From the NCBI RefSeq assembly GCF_009914755.1, contig NC_060931.1: 64,000 bases of DNA; one strand, written 5' to 3'. The notes under the pieces are model-generated. The model did no database searches. It saw nothing but the letters and a program-made list of their open reading frames with translations, and was not told the origin of the DNA. This document shows positions 1 through 15,959 of this stretch, piece by piece (the first letter of the stretch is position 1; the number at the start of each line of letters is the position of its first letter). This stretch comes from the human T2T-CHM13v2.0 reference genome, Homo sapiens. Position numbers and translations under genes: made by a program.

Positions 1-524
1 CACACATCCCCTCTTCACACACATTTTTTTAACCCCCCAATGAATGAAGTCCACATTCTGGCATATCCTTTTAATAAGGTTCCCCTTACCAAGATTCTGT
101 TAGGGTACAGCTTCTTAAATTTTGTTGTCTTTGCTTTTGTTAAGGAAGACTAGGGCATTAAGTTAAAGATGATTTGTCTTGTTTTCTAAAATTTAATATT
201 TTTTGTGTGGTAATATCTGTTGCAAAGTAAACCAAATCCTGATTTTGAAAGTTATCCCAGCATGCATTTTAGAAATAATTTTCTGGGACTCTGAATAAAG
301 AACTCAAGAATAAAGTCAGCTCTTTAGTTCTGCAGCAGTCAGGAGCAGATAGTCTATTTTGTGTTTAGGTGTTGGTAACCTGTGAAACAGAGAGGGTAGA
401 AATAGTAATAGATCCTGCTATGGATATGATAAGTCTCTGGATTTACTATAAGTTCCCCGTATTGAATAAATTAGGTAATATAAATTTATCAGTTTCCACA
501 GCCACATTGGTTGTACTTTAGGCT

Positions 525-690
525 CATTGCTTCTCAAACATTTTTGTGCAAAAAGAATCTCTTGGAGATCAGAATGACATTTTGATTCAGAGGCCTGGGC
601 TTGGAGGGGTTTGGGGATGAGGCTGAGATTCTTCATTTCTAACAAATTCCCAGGAGATACTACTGGTCCCCAGACCACACTTGCAGTAAA
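525..690. mobile_element. MER5-like hAT-Charlie MITE remnant
   Basis: ttctcaaac...catttctaacaaattcccaggagata...ggtccccagaccacact resembles MER5A/B. Confidence 0.6.
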
Positions 691-777
691 AAGGTTCTAG
701 GTGGTAAATAGCAGCTGCTAAGACCTTGCCCTCGGAATCTAGAAGGTGGCTGCCAGAATGACAACTTAGAGCCATTC

Positions 778-845
778 TTAGCAAACATTTTTCTGTAAAG
801 GACCAGATAGTAAATATTTTAAGCATTGTGGCCATAGGTCTATAT
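778..845. mobile_element. MER58-like fragment
   Basis: gcaaacatttttctgtaaaggaccagatagtaaatattttaagc matches MER58 terminus. Confidence 0.65.
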
Positions 846-1287
846 TTCATAGTCTTGTTTGATTTGCTTATTTTTACAACTTAAAAACCACCTTAGCTCT
901 AAGGCATACCTCTGGCTAGAGCAAGAAGCTAAAGTCAAATCCAGTGGGCTTGTCAAGTTAGCCCATGGCTTCCAGATCTGGCATTGATATAAGCCCGTTG
1001 TTTTGTAAGCATTCTTAGGACTGTAGGAGAACCGTGAGGATTCCCGTTCCAAAGAACTTTATAGGAAGATTGTGTGTTTGTTGAGGAGAGAAAGAAGATA
1101 AAATTATTTGGAAGAAAATAAAAAGAAGCTACCATTTTGATCAACTCATGCGAAATGAAAATCTCTAAAAAGTGTTAACATTTAGATCATAAGTAAGAGT
1201 CTGGGCAGAACTTCAAGATGGACCCAGAATGCATTTCACTTCGATTTATATGATTAGTCTACCTACTTACGAGTCAGTATAGTGTCC

Positions 1288-1470
1288 AGTCATGGTTAAA
1301 AACTTGGTCAGACTTGTATCTGAATCCCAGTTCTACTGCTTACTAGCTGGGTAATTTTAGTTAATCAAGCTACTTAACTATTCTGAGATACAATAATACC
1401 CCTGTTTTATGGGGTTGTTAATATTAAATGAGAGTGTGTGCTTTAAAGTGTTTAGAAAACAATAAATAGT
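1288..1470 (+). mobile_element. MIR
   Basis: tgaatcccagttctactgcttactagctgggtaa...ggggttgtta..ttaaatgag MIR core. Confidence 0.7.
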
Positions 1471-1522
1471 GACTGTTACTATATTATTATGAGTATGACT
1501 GAATCCTATAAAAGAATCCTGT

Positions 1523-1917
<395 letters not shown>

Positions 1918-2618
1918 CTACAGTCCTTAATAACAACATACTTAATTTCTGCAAAGCTAGCAGAAACCTCATTACTAAACAAGTCAAGCTACTATTCCAT
2001 GTGTTTTTAAAGGTGGGATTTCTTTGGGTCAAAGAGAGATGGATAGACTTAGCTTCCCAATATGGCTATCAGTAGCTAGTCCCATTACTTATTTTGAAGA
2101 ATATTGAAAACAGCTTTACCTCAGTGACTTGCTCATCCTAATTTCATTTCAGTGTTTCACTGGATAATGAATGAAACTTTTGTCTGCCATGCCAGGACAT
2201 CCAGACTTTAGTAGTTAAATTAACAGTATCAGCAGTGTCCTTGTTTAAGAAAGATTTATAGAAATTATAAGAAATTTAAAAATTTAAAGTACTGAGTAAC
2301 TATAAGCTTTTTCAAATTTTATTTTTGGACTACACAAAATGCTTAATTTCTGAAGTTTAAAAAATTGGTTTTGGGTTTTTTTAAATTATTTTTTAACAAG
2401 ACGAAGTCATTCATTACTGAAAAACAAGAATTACTAATCTTAAAATCAGAAGCCACTGGTATCTAAATACCTTTTTTTTTTGTCATTTCAAATACATACT
2501 GTACATACTGTTGCATTTTTGTTGTGTTAATTTTATTATATTTTTAATGTTTTAAAAATAGCATGAAATAACTTATTTGAACCTGTAGTTGCAAGTTTTT
2601 GAAAAAAAACTTTTTTAG

Positions 2619-2801
2619 CTTTTAGTAAAACATGGAGGAGACTTGTTTGCTGAGAATGAAAATAAAGATACTCCTTGTGATTGTGCTGAAAAGCAACACC
2701 ACAAAGATTTGGCCCTCAATCTGGAATCTCAAATGGTATTCTCACGGGATCCCGAGGCTGAAGAAATAGAAGCTGAATATGCTGCATTAGACAAACGAGA
2801 G
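2619..2801 (+). CDS. ANKIB1: ANKIB1 internal coding exon (183 nt, phase 0-0); end of ankyrin-repeat region
   Basis: ttttttag|CTT TTA GTA AAA CAT ... CGA GAG|gtcagt; encodes [61 protein letters not shown], recognised as ANKIB1. Confidence 0.96.
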
Positions 2802-2960
2802 GTCAGTTTATTTTTTCTTCTCAGTAAAAAAATTACATGTAATTTTAGATTTTATGTTGTTTTGTATTTTTCTTCTTTAAAACTCAGTTTGTGTGTTCTT
2901 CTTTACAGTATTCTAAATATCCTGTCATCTTCATAGCCATAAAGTATAAAAATACATCTA

Positions 2961-3248
2961 GGCCAACCACAGTGGCTCATGCCTGTAGTTCCAGTGCTTT
3001 GGGAGGCCAAGGCACCGGAGTTCTGAGACCAGCCTGGGCTATAGCAAGACTCTATCTACAAAAAATTTTAAAAATTTGCCAGGAATGGTGGCCCACACTC
3101 ATTGTCCTAACTACTCAGGAGGCTGAGGCAAGAGGATCACTTGAGTCCAAGAGTTCAAGGCTGCCATGAGCTATGATCATGCCAGGACACTCCAGCCTGG
3201 CGACAAAGTGAGACCCTGTCTCTAACTTTAAAAATAAATAAATAATAA
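2961..3248 (+). mobile_element. Alu (J-like)
   Basis: diverged Alu dimer, (AAAT)n tail, TSD-like acatcta. Confidence 0.92.
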
Positions 3249-3349
3249 CATCTAGGAAACCTGGAGCTATGGGTCTTTTGTCTATCATATATGAGTGTGT
3301 TTACTTACAAATAAATAAGGTGCTGATGTGAGATATGAATCCCATTTAC

Positions 3350-4865
3350 TCCTCCTACTACAAGACTCCAGTCCTCCTGTTCATCAGTCTCACCTTCTCT
3401 TTTGGATTGATCATATCAACAAACATGCTTTGGTAGATCCCATCTTAAAAACAAAACAAAAAACATAAAAGCAGCCATTGACTCAACCCTTCCCTAGCCC
3501 TGTCTCTCTTCCCCTTTAGTTGTAGCCCCATATCATCTTCTTATGAGAGAACCACTTCCTCACTTTCCATTCACTCTTTAGCCCACTGCAGTATGACTTT
3601 CTTCCCTTCTACTCTGATGGAACTGCCCCCCGTCATGGAGTGACATGTTGCCAAATTTAGTAGGTACTTTTCTGCCCTCATCTTACTTGAATTCCTCAGT
3701 GGCACTTGATGCAATTGACCAATCCCTTCTTAATGAAACACTTTCCTCTTGGCTTTGGGGACAACATTCTCTTCTGATTTTCCTTTATGTCTTCCCGGTC
3801 TCAATAAATATTACCTCTGTCCACTGAGTTGCTCAAGCATAAATGGGGGAAGCATTCTTGATTCCTCACATTTTCTTAATCATCACATCCAAACAATTGG
3901 GGAATCCTGTCAATTTTACCTCCAAAAATACAACCTAAATTCATTTGTTCTTCCTAACCTGTACTCCTACCTCTCTAAGCCCTCACCACCTTCACTTCTT
4001 ATCTGAGCTACTGTAATAGTTTCCTTACTGGTCTTCTTCCTTCTATTCTTGTATCTTTAGAATCCATATTGTACACAGGATTCAGAATGACATTTTAAAT
4101 GTTATACATATCATTTAAATCATTTAATGATTTTTCGTTGTACTTAGAATAAAATCCAAACTGTTTGCTCAGTTGTAAGCCCTTATGTGATCTGACCACT
4201 ACCTACCTTTCCAGCATTATCTCAGACCTTTTTTCCCCGGCACACTTTGCTCTAATTGTAATACCTAGACTACACCAAGGCATTTGCAGTTGTTCTTTCC
4301 TATGTCTGAAATCTCGCAGTTATTTTTTGCCGTTCTTTCTAAAATAGGTCTCCTCTCTTCCCGTTATTCTTTACTGTATGCCCTTTTTATTTTAATTTTT
4401 AAATTTTTTATTAATATTTTTGATTGAAAAATAATAATTGTATACATTTGGGAGTATAGTGTTGTGTTTTGATATGTATATACAATGTGGAATGATTAAA
4501 TCAAGCTAATTAACATATCCATCCCTAACTCACCTATCATTTTTTAAAGATGAGACATTTGAAATGTACTCTTATTTTGAAATATACAATACATTATTAT
4601 TGGCTAAAGTCACCATTGTGTAATAGATCTCAAAACCTATTCTTCCTGTCTTATCTGAAACTTTATACCCCCTGTTTATTTTTCATAGGACCTATCACAT
4701 GCTATAATTATTTTATGTATTTTGTTTACTTGTTTATTGCCTTTCTCTCCTATTAGACTGTCAATTCCATGAAGGCTAGAGCCATATCTGCCTATTCAGC
4801 AGACTGTTTTCAGTGTTTGAAACACTACTTGCACAAAACAGGCATCCATAGATATTTCTTAAAGA
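3350..4865 (+). mobile_element. L2 remnant interrupted by an L1MA-like 3' fragment
   Basis: pyrimidine-rich L2-like sequence ending tagactgtcaattccatgaaggc...atatttc. Confidence 0.65.
4385..4670 (-). mobile_element. L1MA-like 3' end
   Basis: T-rich tail then tgtatacaatgtggaatgattaaatcaagctaattaacatatccatc. Confidence 0.75.
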
Positions 4866-6119
4866 AATTATAACACAGTAAATTTTTTCCTCCCAAAAGG
4901 ATTCTGATTCCTCAGTGTTTAGTGCTAACTTGATTCTAAAAGGTATTATGTAACTACTGGTTTGTACATGTTTAGAAAAATAATCATACAATTGTGTTGT
5001 TTATTTTCCCCATGGATTCCCAACAATTTCGGAGCTTTATACTCTCCATATGGCCAAAAGAACTGAGTTTCTTGGGATTAAAATTTACTTTTTAAAAAAT
5101 CTTTGTTTCTGTAGTTAGGTTATTTTATAGGCAAGCTTATTCAGATTAAGTACACATAGAAAGACAGAAGGCCTATGCCCTAAGCGTTTTGCTGGCCCTT
5201 CACATGGTTATTTAATCCACATGGGAACCTTGAATGACAGTTGTGCTCTCCTCCCCACCTTTTTTTAGTGAGGAAGTAAACTAGAAAATAACTGAATAAC
5301 TTGCCAGAATCAAAGTGAGCTGAACTTGATTCTTCTGACTTCAGGTCCAAACAACTTCCGTTTGCCATATTGCCTCCTTTTTGACAATCCATTATCTTGC
5401 GTCAAACAGAAATTTTTACTGTAATAATTAGTGTAGTCATTTAGTCAGAAGACATTTAAGCAGTAATATTCCAGAAATAATATTGATGTAATTAAACTGC
5501 AAGACATTTAGTTTTTTCCCCAAAATACCATCTTATTTTAATTTATAATTGAATCAGGTAATAATAGTAGGCATTATCAGTAGATTTAATATCTAAAAGG
5601 ACTTAATATAACTAATATTATGTTAAGAAAAAAGTTACAGAAAAGTTTGATGCTAATTCTATAGGAAAAACTACTATGTACAAGAAGAATATTGAAGTAT
5701 ACCAAAATGATCATTATGATTATAGGTAATCTCCTTTACAATTATTATTTTGTCTATTTTCATGCATTTCCTGACATTTATAATGAGTATTTATTGCTAA
5801 AAATGTAAAATAATTTCTTCATCCTGACTGTATCCCCGAGTGGTAACAGTTTCTTAAGTGTACTACCAGACTTAAGCAAACATATATGTATATTGAATTT
5901 TTAATGCAAAAGTAAGATCATGTCATATATTGTATTCTATATTTTTTCAACTTAACAATATATCATGAACATCTCTCCTAAGTCAGAACATACAATCTAC
6001 ATATTTTAAACATTTACCTATTGCTAAACTTCTAAGTAATTTATATATTTTTACCTTTAAAAACAAGGCTGCAGTGAATATTTGTCTGATATATATCTTC
6101 TTTATCCAATTGTGCCATT

Positions 6120-6340
6120 ATTGTAGTTAAAAATACAGATTCTAGAGCCAGACTGAGTTCATATCTTTGCCTGATGGCTGACTTACTATGTGACCTTGAG
6201 CAGATTATTTAAACTCTCTGCCTCAGTCTCTTCTTAAAATGAAGTTAACAGTCCCTACCTCATAAGGTTATAGTGATCCTTAATGAGTTAATATATGTAT
6301 AAGCTTTGACCAGTGCCTGGCTCATTTTCAACATTAGCTA
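6120..6340 (+). mobile_element. MIR
   Basis: tctagagccagact...tgtgaccttgagcagattatttaaactctctgcctcagt. Confidence 0.8.
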
Positions 6341-6929
6341 ATTGTCTGCTGCTATAATCATGATTATTACTTCGTAGTCGTCATTATTGCATTGTTTACA
6401 CATTTTAAAAGTATAGTTCCTATATGTCTTTAGAAATTGATTTGATGGGCCATAAGATTTTAAACTTTGTCAGATGCTCTTAAGCTGTCCGGAAAGATTA
6501 TATTGATTTACTTTTATTTCATTAGTATATTAGAGAATCTTTTTCTCCACATTCTTGCTAGCATTGAATATTATCAGTGTTATTATTTACCCAGTTTGGA
6601 CAAATAAATGGTACCTTGTTTATTTCTCTGATTATCGTGTAAATTGACTGTTCAGTTGTGCATTTTCTATGAAGTTTGTTTTCTTAATGCTTTCTAAGAG
6701 AACTTTGTGTATTTTTCCATATCCTAAGTTTTTTACTTATATGGTATTCAGAGTTATAACTTTTTTCCTTTTTGTCTTCTGAATTTGTGACTTGCTAATA
6801 CTATGATCACATGTCCCTGTATTTTTCTAGTTTTGTAGATTTTTTCAACCCATATTGGATTTGTTTTGTCTACTATTTTCACAATGTAAAGAGTAATACT
6901 TTCATACTCAAGTAAATACCTATATTACC

Positions 6930-7525
6930 TGGATGTTTATAACAGTACTATTTGTAATAGCCAAAAGGTGAAAACAACTCAAACGTTTATCAACTAATGA
7001 ATGGGTAAACAAGATGTGAGATATACACACAATAGAATATTACTCAGCCATAAAAAGGAATGAACTACTAATACACACTATATATAATATGGATCAACCT
7101 CAGAAACATTATGCTAAGTGCGAGAAGCCAGACACAAAAGGTCACATTTGAATGATTCCATTTATATGAAAGATCCAAAACAGATAAAAGCCATAGAAAC
7201 AGAACTCATATGCTGGACATTGCCTTAGCTGGCTACCTGGTTAGCAGGTTTAACCTACTCTGTTCTGCAGGAGCTGCTGGCTTCCTGTGATGCTCAGGCA
7301 AGAACAGCTGAATAAGGAGCGAGAAAACTAAAATGCCAAGAACTAGGGGCAGGGAAGAGAAGGAGTGACTGCTTAATGTTTATAGGACTTTCTTTTGGAG
7401 TGATGGAAATGTTTTTAAACTAGATAAAGGTGGTGATTGTACAACACTGAAAATGTTCTAGATGCTGCTGAATTGTACACCTTAAAGTGGTTTATTTTAT
7501 GTTATGAGTTTTACCTGAATTTTTT
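6930..7525 (+). mobile_element. L1MB/MC-like 3' end carrying a non-L1 insertion at about 7201-7335
   Basis: atagccaaaaggtgaaaacaactcaaa...aacctcagaaacattatgctaagtg...gaattgtacaccttaaagtgg. Confidence 0.8.
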
Positions 7526-7530
7526 TAAAA

Positions 7531-7825
<295 letters not shown>

Positions 7826-10086
7826 TGAATTTTTAAAAACATCAATGCTTTCTTTAAAACTTATATTTGTACCTTCTACTTTGACCCTGGTTGACTTCTG
7901 GATTATTTTGCCTATGCTGGTGATTTTACATGGCCTGCTGTGTGATTATATTAAGTCATATGTTTAACTACTTTTAAAAATTTATGTTCTGAAGGTGAAA
8001 TGTATATTTCAGCTGAGTTTTAATTTAGTTAATGATCTGGACAGTGTATATTTCTATAACTTCTTAATTTAGTCTTTTCCTTCAAATAATTAAACTATAA
8101 ATGGGTAAAATCCACCTCTTATTTCCATCATTCAACAAAACTGAGTGACTGCTAGACACTGTTTTAGATGCTTGGAGGAACAAAGATAAGTGACTACACT
8201 CTAGGTGTTTACGTTCCAACAGGGAGAGAGAAACACACAAATAAGTTTAAAAGTAAGTGAACATGTAATTTTGGAGAGTGGGAACTGCTATAAAGAGATT
8301 TCTTAAATGAGGTATTTATGTGATGGCTAGGAAGAGTGTGTGTTCAATGTATTTAAACACCAAAGGGAGAACAGAAACATTAGCGAGTATTAGACCTAGG
8401 TTGGGGTCAGATTCTGTAGGAGCAGGACTGTGTGACTACATCTGAGTGTATGGAGGGAAAAGTGGGCAATATGCTGCTATGAAAGCCCATCTAAAGAATC
8501 ATCCTTCCCTTCCCCACTCTTAGTCTATATAACTTAAAAAGGCTCAACGTTCTTTTTCTGGCAAGAAACTCATGCTGGACATTGCTGGCTACATTAGTTA
8601 GCAGGTTTAACCTGCTCTTCTCTGCAGAAGCTGCTGGGTTTCTGTTATTTCAGAGTACAGCTCAGGGTAGCCTAGGTCTTGATGCCCAGGCAAGAACTGC
8701 TGAATAAGGAGAGAGGAAGCTGAAATGAAGGGAAAGGTCAAAGAATCCTAAAAACTTTCCTGGCTATTTTTTCCACCCTCCCTCCCAAGCTAAGCTCATG
8801 GATCAGCTAATGAGAGATTGCTGTTAAAGGGAATTAGAAATATCCTTTCTCCCTGAACATCTAAACATCTTTTAAACTTTTAACAGTTACAGTTACTTTT
8901 GGGTAAATAAGTGCCTATTCTTTTTTTTTTTTCTTTTAACAATAAACATGTTTTACCAATAGGGAGGGGAGGCTATTTTCCTTGTGAAAAAAATAAAAAC
9001 AAATACTTTCATAACTTCTTTATGTGACAGCCTTTCTGAAATAATTTTTGAAGAGAACTATTTTATGATAATATCAAGGTAGTGCAGTTTGTATAATAGG
9101 CTGTTTCACAATCTTTCAATGGTCTTTTGGTAGCAGTAGTATGCACTAATGCAAAAGAGGTAATTTTATTCACGTTTCTTTTTAATTTAGTTTTCTTTTT
9201 CTTTCTTTATGTCAGTACTGACTGCTTTGAAGGTTATTGCTGGTTTGTTTAGTCTGAAAATGGAAGCAGTTTATCTTTGCAACAGGAAAGAGAAAGGTAC
9301 TTTCATTTTAATCTGTCTTGCAGAAGAAAAGTAGTGCCCACTTGGGACTGAGCAATGTGTTGAAATGCTTCACATGACCTAATTACAGTTCTGTTGTGAA
9401 GATTCAGAGTGGATATATGTTCATGAAGGCAGTATGTCTTTGTCCTTTAAGAATTATTTTTCTTCCACTGTTACCTATTGAAGTTTAAAACTGCGTGCAT
9501 TTTAAAAAACTGGATCTATGCAGATTGTTTCATATTATCCCTTCTTTCTTAATTTACCTAAAATTAAATCTTCACATATATCATGTCAGAACTGCAAGCA
9601 AAGCTAATTTTCCCCTATAAGTTACTTGCACTGTCATTCTCTCGATAACACTAATCTGGAGAATCATGATTAAATTCACCATTTTCTCTCTCCCTATTTG
9701 GTTCAACGTAAATGAAGTCGAATGATGGATAACCTGAAAAAGAACATTTAGGATATAAGACCAGGAAATACACAGTTGCCACCATTAGAAATATCAAGAA
9801 ATATTCACTGTCATTTCTGAGGCAAGGAGAGGTACCCAGAATCCCAAGTCTGGATTTGGAATACATTTTCTAGAAGCAATGTATGACTTCTGTACTAGAA
9901 TGAGTAGTACTAATTTAACCATTAAAGAGTTTATTAGGTTTTTGTAGGAGAACTCATGTTTCATAAATTAGCTTAAAAGCAAATTGTATGTAATAGTTTG
10001 GGGCTTTTCTAAAGATAATTTGGATTAAATTGCAGTGCCTCTTTCTCTCTTATTTAATAGTATTCCTGTATAGAAAAGTTTTGGTT

Positions 10087-10253
10087 AACTTTCCTTTAAA
10101 AAAAAAAAATGAGGTCTTACTATGTTGCCCAGGCTAGACTGCAGTGGCTATTCACCGGCATGTTTATAGCACACTACAGCATCAAACTCCTGGGCTCAAG
10201 TGATCCTCCTACTTCTCAGCCTCCCTAGTAGCTGAGACTATGGGCATTCACCA
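10087..10253 (-). mobile_element. FLAM/FAM-type Alu monomer
   Basis: actatgttgcccaggctagactgcagtggctattcac...ctcctgggctcaagtgatcctcc. Confidence 0.8.
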
Positions 10254-10653
10254 AGTTCTGCTCCATTTCTTTTACATTGATAGAATACCCAAAACTGTGC
10301 CTAAATGAACATACATATTCATACCCAGTTGATTTGCAGAAAGAACAGACTGGACAATAATACCCAAGAACTTGAATAATGATTATTGCTTAATGGTGGA
10401 ATTATAGGTTTTTATTTCTAATACTTTTTGTATAATCCAAAATTTTAAAACTGTAAGATAAGATGGTCTTGCCATTATACTATGATATTTTATTTTTAGA
10501 ATGATAAGGTACATGAGTCCCAGTATCTGCTTTGCAGCATGAAAGAGACTTGTGAAAAGGCAGTTTGAAGTCCATGATAGTGGAGCATTAAAAAAGCCTT
10601 TTGAACTTTAATAACCAAATTTAAATAGGAAGATTTTAAATGATAATCATGTA

Positions 10654-10994
10654 CAGTCATCCCTCAGTATCCTTGGGGATTGGTTTCAGGACCCTTGTGG
10701 ATACCAAAACCCACAGATACTCAAGTCCCTTATGTAAAATGGGGTATAGTATTTGCATATAACCTATGCATATCCTCCCATATACTTTAAATCATCTCTA
10801 GGTTAGTTATTAACTAGTACAATGCAAATAATATGTAATTAGTTGTTATACTGTGTTATTTAAGGAATAATGACAAGAAGAAAAGTCTGTGCATGTTTAG
10901 TATAGACACAACCTTTTTTTTTTTCCCAAATGTTTTCAATCTACAGTTGATCCAATCCGTGGAATGTGGAACCGTGGATACATTGGACTGACTA
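10654..10994 (+). mobile_element. MER2 (TcMar-Tigger MITE)
   Basis: ta-cagtcatccctcagtatcc...ggatacattggactgac; ends about 76 nt upstream of exon 11071. Confidence 0.85.
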
Positions 10995-11070
10995 TATATT
11001 GTTTATAGGCATTTTGATAACTTCCTATGAGTATAATGCCCATTTAACTTTATTTTTTTTCTTTTCAAAG

Positions 11071-11188
11071 CCATATGAAGGATTAAGGCCTCAGGATCTT
11101 CGTAGACTAAAAGATATGCTTATTGTGGAAACTGCAGACATGCTTCAGGCTCCTCTCTTTACTGCTGAAGCTTTACTTCGAGCTCATG
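11071..11188 (+). CDS. ANKIB1: ANKIB1 coding exon (118 nt, phase 0-1); Ariadne-type UBA-like segment
   Basis: cttttcaaag|CCA TAT GAA ... GCT CAT G|gtaatg; [39 protein letters not shown]; in frame with flanking exons. Confidence 0.96.
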
Positions 11189-12231
11189 GTAATGAAAGAA
11201 ATGTCTTATGCTTCTAAGAACATGAGTAACTTTTGAAACTTCTGAGTTTTTAAAAGGGCTATTTTTGTATTTGAATACAGAACAAAATGGTTTGTTAAAA
11301 AAGCCTAAGTTGTGTTTTGTGCAGTTGTTACTTCTATACTCAGTTCCTCATAACATCTTGTATTTTGAAGTATAAATTGGCATATATCTAAGAGGAGACA
11401 CTGGAAAATTCTTTTTAGAAATTGAGCTACTAAAGCAAATTATAGAATGTCTAATTTTAGAAATATGTCTAATTTGAGTGAGATTGAGCATTGAAATCCA
11501 TAGTCCTAGCCCTGGTTTTGACATTAATTTTTGCTGAAGTCATTCAAGTATAAAATTATGGTAGTTCAATTAAATACCTAAGAATTGTGCTATTAGTATT
11601 GTCAGTTGTATTTATTTTATATGGTAGCTATTTCTCCCCATGAAGTGCACAAAGTGAAGTTAAAGGGTCACCTTGGAAATATATTGTCCCTTTTAAGGGT
11701 GGTTTTCTTGTTTCTTTGTTTTGTTTTGTTTTTTAGACATAACTAACTTTATATAAGAAAATTTTCCTAAGTGCTCAGTTTAAGTTCCCTATAATCCTTA
11801 TGACAGGCATTCTGGGAGCTCTCACATGCTGGATTGGATCTTCTCATTGCCCACATGATATATGACATTTTGGCTGGTTTCATAGAAAAGTATTTTCTGG
11901 TTTAAAAATATTCTTAAAAAGATAAAGGTAAATGCAGGATTTAAAAAATAAAAACTAAAAACACATTTAAAAAGAAAAGTAAATGGCTATTCTATTCCAG
12001 TCATTTTGAGGCCCTAGCTGGCTATTTTAACTATAAATCTTTATGATCTATACTAAAATAGAATGCCATCTTCCAAAATTTTTATATAATCTTTTGATCA
12101 GAAGAAAATGTAAAACTCCCTATTTTATCATTCATTGATCACCACTGTTAATAATGTGGTATACAACTCTCCAGAATCACTACCAAAAAAACATATATAT
12201 GGAATATATATATTATATATAAAACATATAA

Positions 12232-12553
<322 letters not shown>

Positions 12554-12839
12554 TACCTTCAATATCGATGTTTCTGACAGTCTACAACTGCCATTCTTTT
12601 CCCACCTTATATACCTGTAGCTCTTAAATTTTAATATAAATAAGAATTGCCTGGGAAACTAAATGGAGATTCCTAGGAATAACCCCAGAGAATCTAAGTC
12701 ATTAGGTCTAGTGTAAGGCCCAAAAATATGTGTTGTGAACAAGTCTACCAAGTGGACCATTCTCTGAGAAACATTGCTGTGCATATTTATCTCATAAAAT
12801 CAGTAGCTTCAAAAACCACCTAAACAATAAAGATTATGT

Positions 12840-13670
12840 CTACATTCTGACTTTAATCAAGTATTCTACTGTATTTCTAAAAGCCTATTATTTCTCACAA
12901 TCTATGGATGATCACAGCTGGACTCATCATTTCTCCCATTGTATTGATTAGTGGGCAGCAATATTCACCTAATTTTCCTAGCCAGAAACTTGAAAGTCAT
13001 ATTTTAGTCCTCTGTCTCTCTTATATTTGACCACAGTCCCATTATTTCTCTTTCTAATTATCTTTCAGCCTCCCTTCACTCTCCCTAGCTCTTTCAATTC
13101 CACTGCCACTGACTTAAGGCTGTCATTACTTTTCATCTAAATTGAAGTACCCAGAGTCCTAGTCTCCAGTTTTACCATTCTTCTTTCACCCAACTAATTT
13201 CTCATACTGCCACTATTGTGTTCTTTTAAAATGGAAACCTGAGCATGTCATTCCCCTGCTGAAAACCCTTCAGTGGCTTGCTACAGACTTAAAATCATCC
13301 AAAATTTTTGGTAGACTTTATGACATAATCTTTACCTAGACTGTCAGTCTTCCCATTTCTTTCCCTTTACCAATCCGAATTGTCCTTAGACATCATTTCT
13401 TCTAGGAAACCTTTCCTGAGTGTGTCTTCCGAAGTCTCAGTTGGGACCCATATAATGGGTCTATTCCTATTTTATTCCATGCATATATGTGTCATACACT
13501 TAGAATGGAATATTACAATATTGTAATTACAATCTCTTTATTTGCTTCTTTTCCTTTATATTAACCTTGAAGCTACTTGAAATGGCAGCTTTTAATTTTT
13601 ATTGTTAGGTATTGTTTCCGTAATACCTAATATATATTAATCACTCAGAAAACAGTTTTGTAATGAATAG
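12840..13670 (+). mobile_element. L2 remnant
   Basis: catgtcattcccctgctgaaaacccttcagtggct...tctaggaaacctttcctga L2 motifs. Confidence 0.65.
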
Positions 13671-13848
13671 ATAATAAGCCAAAAATGTTTTTTTATATTT
13701 TTTGAAAATCAATGTTTTTGTTGTAAAATTACATTTTTTATTGCCATGTTTATAAACTTCAAAGTAAATTCTATAGAAAAAAATTTAGACCTGAGTAAAA
13801 AAATTAAATTTAGAAATTCTGAATAGTTTTTAAAAACAAAATATTTTT

Positions 13849-14167
<319 letters not shown>

Positions 14168-14387
14168 TTAGCCCATAATAATGCTTAATAGTCATAATGT
14201 AAAAAACTTATACAGAAACACAAAATACTTTAAATTGTGTTTCATTATGTTAGGGTTCATAGCACCAGAAGGTATACTCTGTCCATTGCTTGAGATTTTT
14301 AAAATGCAAGGTCTGCATTTAAATATAATGTAGAGCTGGCAGAAAAGTAGAAGCTGTTCATCAGTGGGGAGCCACTGCGTCATAGTT

Positions 14388-15137
<750 letters not shown>

Positions 15138-15959
15138 AAAGTCTCTACATTCAGCCAAATCATATAGTGTTCATAACTCTTAAGCTATAGTATCATATAG
15201 AATCTAACAACCTATAATTTCACCATAATTAAAAGAAACATTTTTATCCCTATTTTTTACACATCGTATCGTTAAATATTATTAAATGATCAACTCCGTT
15301 TTTACTCCATTGATATTTCCCTAAATTACTTGTTTTACAATAAGATGAAACCCAACTGAATTTTCGTGCTTGGCATTGATAACTTACTAAAAGCATTGTT
15401 CTGTATTTCATTCCCCTATTAGGGCATAAAATAGAGGATAATTCAGGTTTTTAAGTGAGCATCTCTTCTCTGTTGTTTAGGTGGTATCAATGACATTTGA
15501 TAAGCAAATAAGATTTACAGAGATAAGTGATGCTTGTGAGTTAGTGCACATAACTACAGTTTACTATAATTGCTCTTAAAGCCAGGACAGGCTGTGTTTT
15601 AGAGCTATTAAACTGAACCATTAGGAAGATTTATAGATTGTATCCTTGAAAACATTCATTCATTTTTATACAGGAAAATAGTTTTGAGTATTATACTGTG
15701 TTATCAAATATAATCCCAAGGTAATGAAGTTGATGTAGATTAAGCAGACGGCATAAATATTTAGCAGTATTTATTAAATGGAGTTGAATTTTAAGAAGGA
15801 CTATGTTAGGAATACAAAGGTCATTTTCTGAGTATTTCCCCAGTAATAAAAGTAACTTATGTAATTGAATATTACCTAATGAAAAAATGAATATAATTTA
15901 CAAAATATGTGACAGGCTAATTTGCTTGTGCTTAGAATAAAATTATATTGAAGCATTAT

